From an uncultured Alphaproteobacteria bacterium (lineage in GTDB: Bacteria > Pseudomonadota > Alphaproteobacteria > HIMB59), in assembly GCA_902616855.1 (NCBI GenBank), contig CACMUL010000001.1:132137-196136 (forward strand): 64,000 nucleotides of DNA. Reading direction: 5' to 3'. Below, one piece after another: positions 39,512-49,559 of the stretch (positions are counted from its first letter, which is position 1; every line of letters begins with the position of its first letter). The position numbers and the translations under genes were made by a program. Below the pieces are notes generated by a model that ran no database searches, had not been told where the DNA came from, and saw only the letters and a program-made list of their open reading frames with translations.

Positions 39512-39919
39512 ATGTATTCAATTACTGTTCGAAATAATATTTTAATTGCACATTCTCTACCAGGTGAGGTTTTTGGACCAGCACAGAATATGCATGGAGC
39601 GACCTACATAGTTGATGCTGAGTTTTATGCAAAAGAGATTAACAAATATAACATTATTATGGATCTCGGGGTTGTAACAGAAATTCTCTCTGACGTATTA
39701 AAATTTTATAGTTATAAAAATTTAGACGAAATTGAAGAATTTAAAAATATAATTACCTCTACGGAATTTCTTGCAAAAGATATTTTTGATAGAATATGCG
39801 CTAAATTACAAAAAGATTACATAGAAGATTTTAACAAGTTGCATAAAATTAAAATTATTTTAACTGAATCAAATGTAGCTTGGGCTTCTTATGAACAAGA
39901 GATCAGTAATACACAATAA
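39512..39919 (+). CDS. PTPS/QueD-fold (COG0720) protein, SCO6650-like subfamily
   Basis: AHSLPGEVFGPAQNMHGATY, YKNLDE, STEFLA and ES..AWASY. Lacks the CxxxHGH of QueD. Confidence 0.85.
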   Translation: MYSITVRNNILIAHSLPGEVFGPAQNMHGATYIVDAEFYAKEINKYNIIMDLGVVTEILSDVLKFYSYKNLDEIEEFKNIITSTEFLAKDIFDRICAKLQKDYIEDFNKLHKIKIILTESNVAWASYEQEISNTQ

Positions 39920-40934
39920 ATCTTATTATTTTATTTATCCGGGTGATATTAATACAAAAACAGGCGGTTATATTTATGAAAAAAATATATTAAGAAGAGC
40001 AAAAAAAATTAAATTTAATTTAAATGCTATCAAACTAGCTAACAGCTTTCCCTTTCCTAAAGAAAATGACTTAAAAAATCTAAAAAAAACTTTAGAAAAA
40101 TTACCTGATAATGCAGTACTAATTATTGATGGATTAGTTTTTGAGTGTATTGGTAGTATAATAAAATCTTTAGATAGATTTGTAGTAATAGCTCTTATAC
40201 ACCACCCTCTTTATCTAGAATTTAATGGCAATCAAAGTCAATTTTTTCTTAAGAACGCTAAAAAATTATATAAGAAAACGAAAAAAATAATTGTCACTTC
40301 AAATGATACAAAACAACTAATTTTTGAAAAATTTAAAATTAATAAGCGAAAAATTCAAGTTGTAGAGCCTGGAATAGAAAAATTAAAAAAATATAAATAT
40401 AAAAGGGATAAAAATATAAATTTACTATCTGTAGGAAGTATTATTGAGAGAAAAAATTATCATTATCTATTAAACGAATTAAGATACATGGATAAAATAA
40501 AATTAAATATTGTAGGAGATATAACTAGAGAGAGTAAGTACTATAATAAATTACTAAAAATTATAAGTAATTATAAATTAAGTAATAAAGTTAAGTTTCA
40601 TAGTAATGTATCGACTAATTTATTATCAAAACTATATTCTAAGTGTGACTTCTATGTCTCAGTAAGTAAATATGAAGGTTTTGGTATGTCACTTGCTAAT
40701 GCCCTTCAACTCAAAAAAATGATTATTACATATAAAACTAAAACAATTATGAGCACTCTAAAAAAGGATGGAATTATCTACTTAAATAATTTCAAAGAAA
40801 AAAGTTTATCAAAATTAATCACTAAAAATGCATTTAATTCAGATTTATCAAAAAAATTATCACAAAATAAGAGAAAATTTTTAACACCAATACAATCTGG
40901 AGATCTTTTTATCAAGATAATTAAAGATGCATAA
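39891..40934 (+). CDS. Glycosyltransferase family 4 (GT-B)
   Basis: TGGYIYE, IDGL, LIHHPL, VGSIIERKN and SKYEGFGMSLANA. Confidence 0.85.
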   Translation: MNKRSVIHNKSYYFIYPGDINTKTGGYIYEKNILRRAKKIKFNLNAIKLANSFPFPKENDLKNLKKTLEKLPDNAVLIIDGLVFECIGSIIKSLDRFVVIALIHHPLYLEFNGNQSQFFLKNAKKLYKKTKKIIVTSNDTKQLIFEKFKINKRKIQVVEPGIEKLKKYKYKRDKNINLLSVGSIIERKNYHYLLNELRYMDKIKLNIVGDITRESKYYNKLLKIISNYKLSNKVKFHSNVSTNLLSKLYSKCDFYVSVSKYEGFGMSLANALQLKKMIITYKTKTIMSTLKKDGIIYLNNFKEKSLSKLITKNAFNSDLSKKLSQNKRKFLTPIQSGDLFIKIIKDA

Positions 40935-41715
40935 ATTTAATAATGATTGGCTATTTCTTCGAGAGAAAATTGACAAAGCTTCAAGAAATAAAAAAATCAT
41001 AGAAAAAATTAATAGATATTTTCAAGACTACAAAATATTGTCTATCGCTGATTTAGGTTGTGGAACAGGTTCTAACTATAGATATCTGTACCCTAAACTT
41101 AAAAAAAGGCAATCATGGGATATGATAGACATATCATTTGAGTCAATTAAAGAATTTAAGAAAAAAACAAATAATAAGAATAAAATTATAAATATAAATT
41201 ATAAAAAATTTGATTTAATTAAAAATATAAAAAGTTTTAAATTTGAAAAATACGATATTATTACAGGATCTGCATATTTAGATATAATGCCAAAAAATTG
41301 GTATTTAGAATTTAAAAAACAAAATCTAAATACAAAAGTTATATATTTTTCGATTAATTATGATGGATTTTTTAAATTCCACCCAAAACATAAAGATGAT
41401 CAATACGTTTTAAATCTATTTAATAAAGATCAGGAGTCAGATAAAGGTATTGGGCAAAAAGCAGTTGGTAAAAACTGTAGTCAAATAATTAATAAATTAT
41501 TTTCTAAGTCACACAAAACATTTGTTTTTGACTCGAGTTGGGATGTATCAAAGAATAAAAAATTTCAAAATATGTTTTTAGATTTTTGTGAAAATGTACT
41601 TGAAAAAAATAAGATATCATTAGATAGGTGGTTAGATTTTAGAAGGGAAAATATTAAAAAAAATAAATCAAAATTTTTTCTAAGAAATAAAGATTTTTTA
41701 GCTTTAAAACTCTAA
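40927..41715 (+). CDS. Class I SAM-dependent methyltransferase
   Basis: WLFLRE..D, DLGCGTGSN and GSAYLD. Confidence 0.82.
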   Translation: MHKFNNDWLFLREKIDKASRNKKIIEKINRYFQDYKILSIADLGCGTGSNYRYLYPKLKKRQSWDMIDISFESIKEFKKKTNNKNKIININYKKFDLIKNIKSFKFEKYDIITGSAYLDIMPKNWYLEFKKQNLNTKVIYFSINYDGFFKFHPKHKDDQYVLNLFNKDQESDKGIGQKAVGKNCSQIINKLFSKSHKTFVFDSSWDVSKNKKFQNMFLDFCENVLEKNKISLDRWLDFRRENIKKNKSKFFLRNKDFLALKL

Positions 41716-42534
41716 GCTTACTATCATTTCTTCGCCAAATTTATAAATTTTATTTTTTGTTCTAATAACTTTTTTTAAATTTGTTATAGGTTTTATATTT
41801 ATAGAATTAATACCAGAACCAATAATTGTAGGTGCAATTATAAATTGCATAATATCTAATAATTTATTCTCAAGAAATTTAGATATAGTTTTAGAACCAC
41901 CTTCTACTAATACGAACTTAAAACCTAAATTATTTATATGTTTGTATATAAGATTTGTAAAATTTCTTTCAGGTAATTTATAAATTTGTGTATTATTTAA
42001 ATTCTTTTTAATATTAGAGTGTGTAAATATGATATTTGAAAAACCATCTTTAAATATTTGATAGTTATTTGTTAATTTTAGTGACGGATCTATAATTATC
42101 CTCTGAGGATTTGAGCCCTTAATTGCTCTTGTAGTGAGCAAGGGATTATCTTTTTTTATTGTATTTACACCAACTATAACTGCATCACACACTGAACGAA
42201 GACTATGAAGGTATGAAATACTATTTTTATCATTAATGTAATGAGAATTGCCGTTTAAAAGTGCAATTTTACCGTCTAAGCTTTGTCCAATTTGACCGAT
42301 ATAAAATTTTTTTTTTATCATCAATATTGGTAACAAAATTTGTGCTATTTCATTTATTTTTTTTTCAATCTTACAATTAAAATTAACGCCATTTTTATCA
42401 ATTAAAATATGATTGGTTTTAGAATGTTGACTAAGTACAAACGATTTGTTAATTAATTCAATTCTTAAGGTATTTGATTTTTTTTGTTTTTTTACAAATT
42501 CAAATAGTGAAGAAATATTATGCTTTGTTATCAT
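41704..42534 (-). CDS. RibD C-terminal reductase-only protein
   Basis: GQSLDGKIA, DAVIVGVNT..DNPLLTTR and LVEGG. No HAE/PCxxC deaminase motif. Confidence 0.85.
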   Translation of the reverse strand: MITKHNISSLFEFVKKQKKSNTLRIELINKSFVLSQHSKTNHILIDKNGVNFNCKIEKKINEIAQILLPILMIKKKFYIGQIGQSLDGKIALLNGNSHYINDKNSISYLHSLRSVCDAVIVGVNTIKKDNPLLTTRAIKGSNPQRIIIDPSLKLTNNYQIFKDGFSNIIFTHSNIKKNLNNTQIYKLPERNFTNLIYKHINNLGFKFVLVEGGSKTISKFLENKLLDIMQFIIAPTIIGSGINSINIKPITNLKKVIRTKNKIYKFGEEMIVSLEF

Positions 42535-42575
42535 TTTTCATCTGTATCAAGTACTATTGAGTATATATATAGTCT

Positions 42576-43694
42576 ATGAGTTTAAAATCAAATTTTGGCA
42601 CATTTATTGATAGAGCTATCAATGAGCTTAGAACCGGAAGACCGGTAGTTATTAAAGAAAATAAAAATTATTGGATGTTCTTTAATATTGAACATTCGGA
42701 CAATAAAATTCTAAATCAATTCAATCAATACCTACAAAAAGACAAATATCTTTTAATCACAAAACAAAAAGCAAAATCAATATTTGAAAATAAAGTATCA
42801 ACAAATATTTATTTAAAAATAAATGAAAAAATATCAAACAAATCTTTATTAAGTTTATTCATTAACCCTTTATCTGATCATAATAAAATATTATTTAAAG
42901 ATGAGCCTTATATCAAAAGTAAAGACTTCCATAATGTCTGTTTAGATATAGCCAAAAATGCGAAGGTAATACCATCACTTGTATTTAAAAAAATTAATTC
43001 TAAATACTATAAAAATATTGATAATCTAATATTACAACTTGGTCTATTAAGATTTAACCATAAAGAGTTAAAAAATCAGAATAAATTTATAACTAATAGT
43101 ATCAGATTAGTTTCAAGTGCAAATGTGCCCTTACCAAATGTTGCATCTACTACTTTTAATATTTTTAAGTCATATATTGGTGCTAGAAGACATATCGCGA
43201 TCATAATTAAACCAAAAAATTTAAAACAACCAACAAACCTTAGAATTCACTCAGCTTGTTTTACTGGGGATATATTTCACTCTAGAAAATGTGATTGCGG
43301 AGAACAATTAAATAACTCTTTAAACTATATGGTTAAAAATAAAGGAGGTATTATCCTTTATTTAGATCAAGAAGGCAGAGGTATAGGACTAGCCAATAAA
43401 ATGAGGGCATATTCTCTTCAGTCAAAAGGCTTGGATACTATTGATGCTGATCACAACATAGGTTTTTTAGATGATGAAAGAGATTTTAATATTGCCGCTA
43501 AGATACTTAAGTTATTAAAAGTAAATAAAGTCAATATTATCACAAATAATTTTACAAAAGTCTCTTCTCTTAAAAAAGCTGGTATTAAAATTGCCAAGCA
43601 AATAAATACAAAACCTACAATTAACAAATTTAATAAGAATTATTTTAAAACAAGAGTAAAAAAAACAGGTTACGGTTTTAAAAATTTAGACTAA
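42576..43694 (+). CDS. ribA: GTP cyclohydrolase II with degenerate N-terminal domain
   Basis: RIHSACFTGD..SRKCDCGEQL, QEGRGIGLANKMRAY, DERDF and TNN. N-terminus begins DRAINELRTGRPVVI. Confidence 0.88.
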   Translation: MSLKSNFGTFIDRAINELRTGRPVVIKENKNYWMFFNIEHSDNKILNQFNQYLQKDKYLLITKQKAKSIFENKVSTNIYLKINEKISNKSLLSLFINPLSDHNKILFKDEPYIKSKDFHNVCLDIAKNAKVIPSLVFKKINSKYYKNIDNLILQLGLLRFNHKELKNQNKFITNSIRLVSSANVPLPNVASTTFNIFKSYIGARRHIAIIIKPKNLKQPTNLRIHSACFTGDIFHSRKCDCGEQLNNSLNYMVKNKGGIILYLDQEGRGIGLANKMRAYSLQSKGLDTIDADHNIGFLDDERDFNIAAKILKLLKVNKVNIITNNFTKVSSLKKAGIKIAKQINTKPTINKFNKNYFKTRVKKTGYGFKNLD

Positions 43695-43697
43695 ATT

Positions 43698-43937
43698 TTA
43701 GTCAAAGTCTCCTCGTTCTAATCTATCTTCGTATTCATTGGAGGACTCGGAAATTGTATTAAGCTGTTTTTTAGTCATAATTTTTAAAGTTTTTTTTATA
43801 GCAAGTTGGTAAGTATGTAACTTTTCAACAATATTTCTTTCGCTGGTGTTTCTCATCATTTGACTTAGGGCTCTATTTAGCTCAGTAAGTCTGCCTAACA
43901 GCGTATTATCGTCTTTATTATCATCATCGTAATACAT
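43698..43937 (-). CDS. Hypothetical protein, 79 aa
   Basis: Non-overlapping ATG ORF, helical and charged. No family recognised. Confidence 0.6.
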   Translation of the reverse strand: MYYDDDNKDDNTLLGRLTELNRALSQMMRNTSERNIVEKLHTYQLAIKKTLKIMTKKQLNTISESSNEYEDRLERGDFD

Positions 43938-44000
43938 TACTTAATATTATAATAATTTTGGAGATCATAAATAAAATAATTAAATAAATAACTTAACAAT

Positions 44001-44102
44001 TTATTTTTTTTTTCTATAAAATAATAATCCAATTATAATTATTCCAATACCTATAATCATCAGAAGTTCACCTGCATTCCAAAACCATATTAAGAATTCC
44101 AT
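44001..44102 (-). CDS. Unannotated 33-aa membrane microprotein
   Basis: MEFLIWFWNAGELLMIIGIGIIIIGLLFYRKKK: one TM helix and a basic tail. Starts 4 nt after the stop of the CMD gene. Confidence 0.55.
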   Translation of the reverse strand: MEFLIWFWNAGELLMIIGIGIIIIGLLFYRKKK

Positions 44103-44106
44103 TGAA

Positions 44107-44514
44107 TTATTTTTCTATGTCTTCATCAAATATTTCATCTACTGGCACTTGTATACTATTGACTAGTTGATTTGTTTTTGCTGCAAGAGCTACAATATTT
44201 AAAAATTCTGAATGTTCGTCTTCAGTCATCCCAAGTTTTTTTGCTGCAGCTGTGTGTGAGTGTGTACAATACGAGCAATTATTTGTTATAGAGACTGCCA
44301 TATAAATCATCTCTTTAGTTTTATTGGGGATTATGGTTTGTTTAACCATTAAATCTTTAACATCACTCCAAACATTTTTTAGCAATTGAGGGTCAAATGC
44401 TAAATATTTCCAAAAATTACCTATATAAGTTGTGTTTCTTGATTGTTTAATATCTTCATAGACTTCCTTTATAATTGGATGATTATCATCATCAGTTCTT
44501 TTAATTGTGCTCAC
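44107..44514 (-). CDS. Carboxymuconolactone decarboxylase/AhpD-like protein
   Basis: KEMIYMAVSITNNCSYCTHSH (ExxxxxxSxxNxCxYCxxxH). Confidence 0.87.
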   Translation of the reverse strand: MSTIKRTDDDNHPIIKEVYEDIKQSRNTTYIGNFWKYLAFDPQLLKNVWSDVKDLMVKQTIIPNKTKEMIYMAVSITNNCSYCTHSHTAAAKKLGMTEDEHSEFLNIVALAAKTNQLVNSIQVPVDEIFDEDIEK

Positions 44515-44576
44515 CAGTGGCCCCTTTCTTTATTATAATTGATATATAGTCATTAAATCATAATATCCCTCTTGTT

Positions 44577-45770
44577 TTGATTAATTTTATAAATAAAAAT
44601 TCAGATTTATTAATATTTGGCTTTCTAATTGCATTCGCGTCAGGATTTGGACAAACATTTTTTATCTCTCTTTTTAGTGAAGATTTTAGAGAAACATTTA
44701 ACTTAAGTAATACTCAATTTGGCAGTCTGTATTCAATAGCTACAATTTTAAGTGCGTTAACTATTATATGGGCTGGCAAACTTATAGATACGGTCTCTCT
44801 TAAAAAATATACTTTAGCAATTGTATTAGGTCTTTCGATAACATGTTTTTTTGCAAGTATTGTGTTTAATGTAATTCTTCTTTTTTTTGTAATTTATTTT
44901 TTAAGACTTTTTGGACAAGGGCTTATGGGACACACTTCAAGAACAACCATGGCAAGATACTTTAAAGCTAATAGAGGAAAAGCATTAGCTATATCTGGAT
45001 TTGGTTTTTCTTTTGGTGAGATGATCTATCCATTTGTAGTAGTAATTTTAATATTAACTTTTGGCTGGAGAATTACCTGGTTTAGTTCATCTGTATTTAT
45101 AATAATATTTTTCGGAGTATTTTTATACTACCTATTAAATAAAAATAATTTTAAAAGTGAAACTGGGTTTGAGAATGAAGATATACAAAATTCATTTTCA
45201 TGGAGAAGAAGAGATGTCTTAACAGATCTTAAATTTTATCTTTATTTACCTCTTACGTTATTTATGTCCTTTACAGTAACTGGTTTTTTATTTCATCAAG
45301 TTTTTATCGGGCAATTAAATAATTGGACAATGTTAGATATTGCACAAAGTTTTATTTTTTATGCAATCTGTGGAATTGGTGGTTCATTAGTTTCTGGTTT
45401 ATTAGTCGATAAATTTTCTGGTAGGAGTGTAATCACATTTCACTTAATTCCCATGGCTTTAATATTTATTGTGATGTTATTTTCAAATCATATATTTGTA
45501 TTATATCTTTACATGGCAGGTCTTGGATTATCAAATGGCTTTACTGAAAATATGTCTAATTCTTTGTGGGCAGAAATGTATGGAGTCAAAAACCTAGGTG
45601 CAATAAGGGCCCTTTTAACATTTTTTGGTGTTTTGGCCTCAGCAGCATCCCCTTTCTTATATGGATTGATATTGGATGAGACAAATTCGATAAACACCTT
45701 GATCTATATGAGCCTTGCCTTAATAATTATTTTTTCTTCTATGAGCTTTATAGGTAATAAAATTAAATAA
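44577..45770 (+). CDS. MFS transporter
   Basis: About 12 TM segments, GKLID and GLLVDKF loop motifs. Confidence 0.85.
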   Translation: MINFINKNSDLLIFGFLIAFASGFGQTFFISLFSEDFRETFNLSNTQFGSLYSIATILSALTIIWAGKLIDTVSLKKYTLAIVLGLSITCFFASIVFNVILLFFVIYFLRLFGQGLMGHTSRTTMARYFKANRGKALAISGFGFSFGEMIYPFVVVILILTFGWRITWFSSSVFIIIFFGVFLYYLLNKNNFKSETGFENEDIQNSFSWRRRDVLTDLKFYLYLPLTLFMSFTVTGFLFHQVFIGQLNNWTMLDIAQSFIFYAICGIGGSLVSGLLVDKFSGRSVITFHLIPMALIFIVMLFSNHIFVLYLYMAGLGLSNGFTENMSNSLWAEMYGVKNLGAIRALLTFFGVLASAASPFLYGLILDETNSINTLIYMSLALIIIFSSMSFIGNKIK

Positions 45771-46263
45771 AATATCCTTTTTTAAAAGCCTCAATAGCTA
45801 TCAAAGCACATCCTTTAGCATCTGATAAAGCATCGTGATGATTTAATGGAATTCTTAAATTTTTACATACTGTATTTAGTTTATTGTTTTCAAATTCCCA
45901 ATATTTTCTTGCGATTGCAACAGTATCTTTAAATTCTTGTTCAGGTAGGTCGATATTATAAAAATAACAACATGAGTGCAGGACAGATCGATCAAAAGGA
46001 GCATTATGTGCAAAAAAGTAATCAACAGCTAATAATTCACTCTTAATTTGGCGCCAAACTTTATCAAATGTTTTAGCTTTCTTTAACATATCCCATGTTA
46101 AACCATGAATATCTGTAAAATGAACTTCAGGTTTAGGTGGTCTTATTAAATGGGAGACTTTTTTTATAATTTTAGTTTTATTAAATATTACATATCCAAT
46201 AGCACATGCTGATGTTCTCTCACTTGTGGCTGTTTCAAAATCTATGGCTGCAAATAATTGCAT
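45763..46263 (-). CDS. DEDDh 3'-5' exonuclease (DnaQ-like)
   Basis: AIDFETA, AHNAPFD and HHDALSDA. Confidence 0.9.
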   Translation of the reverse strand: MQLFAAIDFETATSERTSACAIGYVIFNKTKIIKKVSHLIRPPKPEVHFTDIHGLTWDMLKKAKTFDKVWRQIKSELLAVDYFFAHNAPFDRSVLHSCCYFYNIDLPEQEFKDTVAIARKYWEFENNKLNTVCKNLRIPLNHHDALSDAKGCALIAIEAFKKGYFI

Positions 46264-47969
46264 TAAAATAATTGATCAATTTGATTTTGATATTTTTTTT
46301 GTACCTCATGTCTCCTAACTTTCATTGTGGGAGTCATTAGGTTATTTTCAATACTAAAAGGCTCATCAATAAAGATAAACTTTTTTATTTTTTCTGGTTG
46401 AGTTAAGTCTTTATTTACTTCATCAATATATCTTTGAATATCTTCATCACTAGATTTACTCTCTGAGTTTAATACTAATAATGCTGCAATATAATTCTTT
46501 TGTTCACCAAAGACACAGGCTTGTTCTATCTCAGGAGATAAAGTTAATAGATTTTCAATCTTAGATGGTGCAATATTATCACCTCCTAGAGAAACTATTA
46601 TATCCTTTTTACGATCTGTAATTTTAAGATAATTGTCCTCATCAAATTCACCTATATCACCCGTATGGAGCCAACCATCTTTTATTGTTTGCTCAGTAGC
46701 TTCTTTATTATTCCAATAGCCCAGCATAAGGTTCTCCCCTTTAACTAATATTTCACCATCTTCTGCTAATTTAACTTCAACTCCAGGAAATATAGGGCCA
46801 ACTGTATCAACTTTTACTTTATTTAATAAATTGCAGCTTACAACTGGTGAGGTTTCTGTTAAGCCATAACCTTGTAAAGTCTTTAAACCAAGGGCATTAA
46901 GCGCCTCCCCTACTTGACTATCAAGAGGTCCTCCACCTGATATAAAAGCCTCTAATCTGCCACCAAAATTATTTTTTACTTTTTTTCTGACTAGTTTATC
47001 TAATATTAGGTTAATTATATTTTCACTAAAACTTAATTTAATATTTTTAAATTTTTTTGTTCCTAGCTGGATAGTCTTATTAAATAAATTTTGTTTAAAA
47101 TTAGACTGATTTTTTAGATTAATCTTCATTTTTGCATGAAGATTATTATAAAATCTTGGTACAGCAGTCATTATATGAGGTTGTGCAATTTTTACTGTAG
47201 GCAGAAGTGTTTCAATACTTTTATTATAAAATACTTTTGCTTCTAAAATAATCTGAACAAATTGAACTGCATGTTCATATGAATGAGATAAAGGTAACCA
47301 AGTAAGAAAGGTTAAATCTGGACTCTTTATAGTTTTAAGAAGTTCATACGCTCCTTCACAATTACTTAATATGCCCCCATGACTTAAAATAACACCTTTC
47401 GGTAATCCTTGTGTACCTGACGTGTAAATAATGCAAGCTGGATCTTTGCGCTTAATTTCTTTAATTTTTTCTCTGTTATTATCATTATTGTCATCTGTTA
47501 AGTCATTTAAAAATACTAAATTTGAAATTGAATTATTTTCAAAATAATCAAAACATAAGATAAATTTGAAATTATATTTAACTTTTTCGCTGGCAGTTAA
47601 AATAGTCTGAAGTAAATTTTTATTTGAAACTATTAAACCAATAGGCTGAGAGTCATTTAAAATATGCTCAAAATCTCTTGAAGTATAAGTTGTATAGTTG
47701 GGAACACAAATAAGTTTATTAGACATTATAGCGATATCAGAGGCCATCCATTCAGGTCTATTTTCTGAAACCAATAAAACTCTCTCTAATTCACCTAAAT
47801 ATTTGTTTGCTAAAAAATTGTGTATTTTCGTTGTTAAATTTTTTGTCTCTAACCAACTCATTGAGATAACTTGATTGTTTGAGTCGAGTTTTAGTAAGTG
47901 TTTATTATTTTCGTTCTTATCTGCTTGAAAATAAAATAGTTCTGGAAGATTATTAAATTTATTCATCAT
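46263..47969 (-). CDS. Long-chain fatty acid--CoA ligase (AMP-binding)
   Basis: IIYTSGTQGLPKG, QGYGLTETSP, GWLHTGDIG and TPTMKVRR. Confidence 0.9.
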   Translation of the reverse strand: MMNKFNNLPELFYFQADKNENNKHLLKLDSNNQVISMSWLETKNLTTKIHNFLANKYLGELERVLLVSENRPEWMASDIAIMSNKLICVPNYTTYTSRDFEHILNDSQPIGLIVSNKNLLQTILTASEKVKYNFKFILCFDYFENNSISNLVFLNDLTDDNNDNNREKIKEIKRKDPACIIYTSGTQGLPKGVILSHGGILSNCEGAYELLKTIKSPDLTFLTWLPLSHSYEHAVQFVQIILEAKVFYNKSIETLLPTVKIAQPHIMTAVPRFYNNLHAKMKINLKNQSNFKQNLFNKTIQLGTKKFKNIKLSFSENIINLILDKLVRKKVKNNFGGRLEAFISGGGPLDSQVGEALNALGLKTLQGYGLTETSPVVSCNLLNKVKVDTVGPIFPGVEVKLAEDGEILVKGENLMLGYWNNKEATEQTIKDGWLHTGDIGEFDEDNYLKITDRKKDIIVSLGGDNIAPSKIENLLTLSPEIEQACVFGEQKNYIAALLVLNSESKSSDEDIQRYIDEVNKDLTQPEKIKKFIFIDEPFSIENNLMTPTMKVRRHEVQKKYQNQIDQLF

Positions 47970-48777
47970 TCATTATAGTTTCATAAAAATCATCCATTTT
48001 ATTCATTAATTTTTCATCATAAGTTACTAAATGTTCATTCTCATCAACGAAATAACTACTTTTAGGTGAATTTGCTAATTTGTATATTTTTTCACCCATT
48101 ATAAATGGAACAATATCATCCCCTGTGGCGTGCATAATAAATATTGGGGAAATAACGTTTTTAATCTTTTTATCACTTAAATACTTGTCTTTAAGCATGA
48201 TTGAAACAGGAAGGTATGGATAATGAAATTTAGCAGCATCAATCATTGAAGTAAATGGCGCCTCCAGAATTAGACCTTTAAAATTATTATTCTGGGCTAT
48301 TTCTATACTAACAGCAGTTCCTAAAGATTCTCCATAAATAATGATGTCCTTTTTAGAAATATTTTTTTCTTCAAGCCATTTTATAGCACTTCTAGCGTCA
48401 TCATATAAACCATCCTCAGTAGGTTCACCATCATTACCGCTATATGATCTCCAAGAAATAAGTAAAATATTTTGGTCATATTTTGATAACTTGTTAATTT
48501 TATAAAATCTATTTTCAATAGGACCAGCATTACCGTGAAACATTAGTAATGTAGTTTTAGTATTAGATGGATGTTTATAATAAATTGACCTTAATTTTAT
48601 ATTTGAGCTATTTTCAATAAATACTTGCTCCACAGGAATGATTAGTAATTCATCATCATAATTATCAATTTGAGGGACATAAAGAAGAGATCTTTGTTTT
48701 GTATAAATATAAAAGATAATTAAAAGGTATATAAATAGTAATATTAAGATAATCTTGATTGTTAATGAGTAATTCAT
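47959..48777 (-). CDS. Membrane-anchored alpha/beta hydrolase
   Basis: N-terminal TM, FHGNAG, YGESLG nucleophile elbow and HATGDDIVP. Confidence 0.87.
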   Translation of the reverse strand: MNYSLTIKIILILLFIYLLIIFYIYTKQRSLLYVPQIDNYDDELLIIPVEQVFIENSSNIKLRSIYYKHPSNTKTTLLMFHGNAGPIENRFYKINKLSKYDQNILLISWRSYSGNDGEPTEDGLYDDARSAIKWLEEKNISKKDIIIYGESLGTAVSIEIAQNNNFKGLILEAPFTSMIDAAKFHYPYLPVSIMLKDKYLSDKKIKNVISPIFIMHATGDDIVPFIMGEKIYKLANSPKSSYFVDENEHLVTYDEKLMNKMDDFYETIMNDE

Positions 48778-49196
48778 TTAATTCTATAAATAAACTTATC
48801 AAAATATCCTTGGGCAGATTGAGGAAATTTTTTTAATTTAGAAAAATTAATTTTTGATTTTTTATATTTGTAAAAAATATGGCCGATAGAAGGTATATTT
48901 TTATTTAAGGTACCTGTTGATATTGAGATATAATCATCTGAAGATTTTTTTCGAAAAAATAAAGAACTTCCACAAATTGAACAAAAACCTCTTTTATAAT
49001 GTTTACTAGAAACAAACCATTTTAAAGTTTTTTTACTTTTAAAAATTAGATTTTCTTTTTTTACTTTTGTATAAGAACTAAATTCAGCATTTGAAGCCTG
49101 GCACATCTGGCAATGGCAAAAAACTGAGTATCTACATTCATTTTTAATCTCAAAGGTAATTTTCTTGCAAAGACACGAGCCTTTAATTTTTTTCAT
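48774..49196 (-). CDS. GFA family (CENP-V/GFA) zinc protein
   Basis: GSCLC, CHCQMC and FCSICGSSLF. Confidence 0.88.
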   Translation of the reverse strand: MKKIKGSCLCKKITFEIKNECRYSVFCHCQMCQASNAEFSSYTKVKKENLIFKSKKTLKWFVSSKHYKRGFCSICGSSLFFRKKSSDDYISISTGTLNKNIPSIGHIFYKYKKSKINFSKLKKFPQSAQGYFDKFIYRIK

Positions 49197-49456
49197 TTAT
49201 TCATCATTTTGTGCTTTGCTAAAGATATTCCGTTTTTTATTTTAAAATCATATGACTCCTCAAATGATGATAATTGCCAACCAGAAAGTCTATTTTTTAA
49301 CTCGGAAATGTTATTTATTTTCCATTCATTTGTCGTATTTTCGTCTTTCCATATCGCTTTTTCCTCAGAAGTTCTAGCACAGCCATAACAATATCCGGTA
49401 GATGGATCTGTTTTGCATATTGATATACAAGGTGAAATAATTTTTTCCATAGACAT
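49193..49456 (-). CDS. DUF1289 domain protein
   Basis: SPCISIC...CYGCARTSEE...W. Confidence 0.82.
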   Translation of the reverse strand: MSMEKIISPCISICKTDPSTGYCYGCARTSEEKAIWKDENTTNEWKINNISELKNRLSGWQLSSFEESYDFKIKNGISLAKHKMMNK

Positions 49457-49559
49457 ATTATATCCAAATAAACCCTAATATCATTGAAAATTATTTTTAA
49501 AATTGAATTAAAAAATGCTAATTGAAAAATTAAAAAATTATTGTAGTTTGATGCAACGT

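Noticed and set aside
39512-39919. QueD for queuosine or 7-deazaguanine DNA modification
   Set aside because: Lacks the CxxxHGH motif, and no queC, queE, folE or dpdA is nearby; the motif fits the SCO6650-like subfamily.
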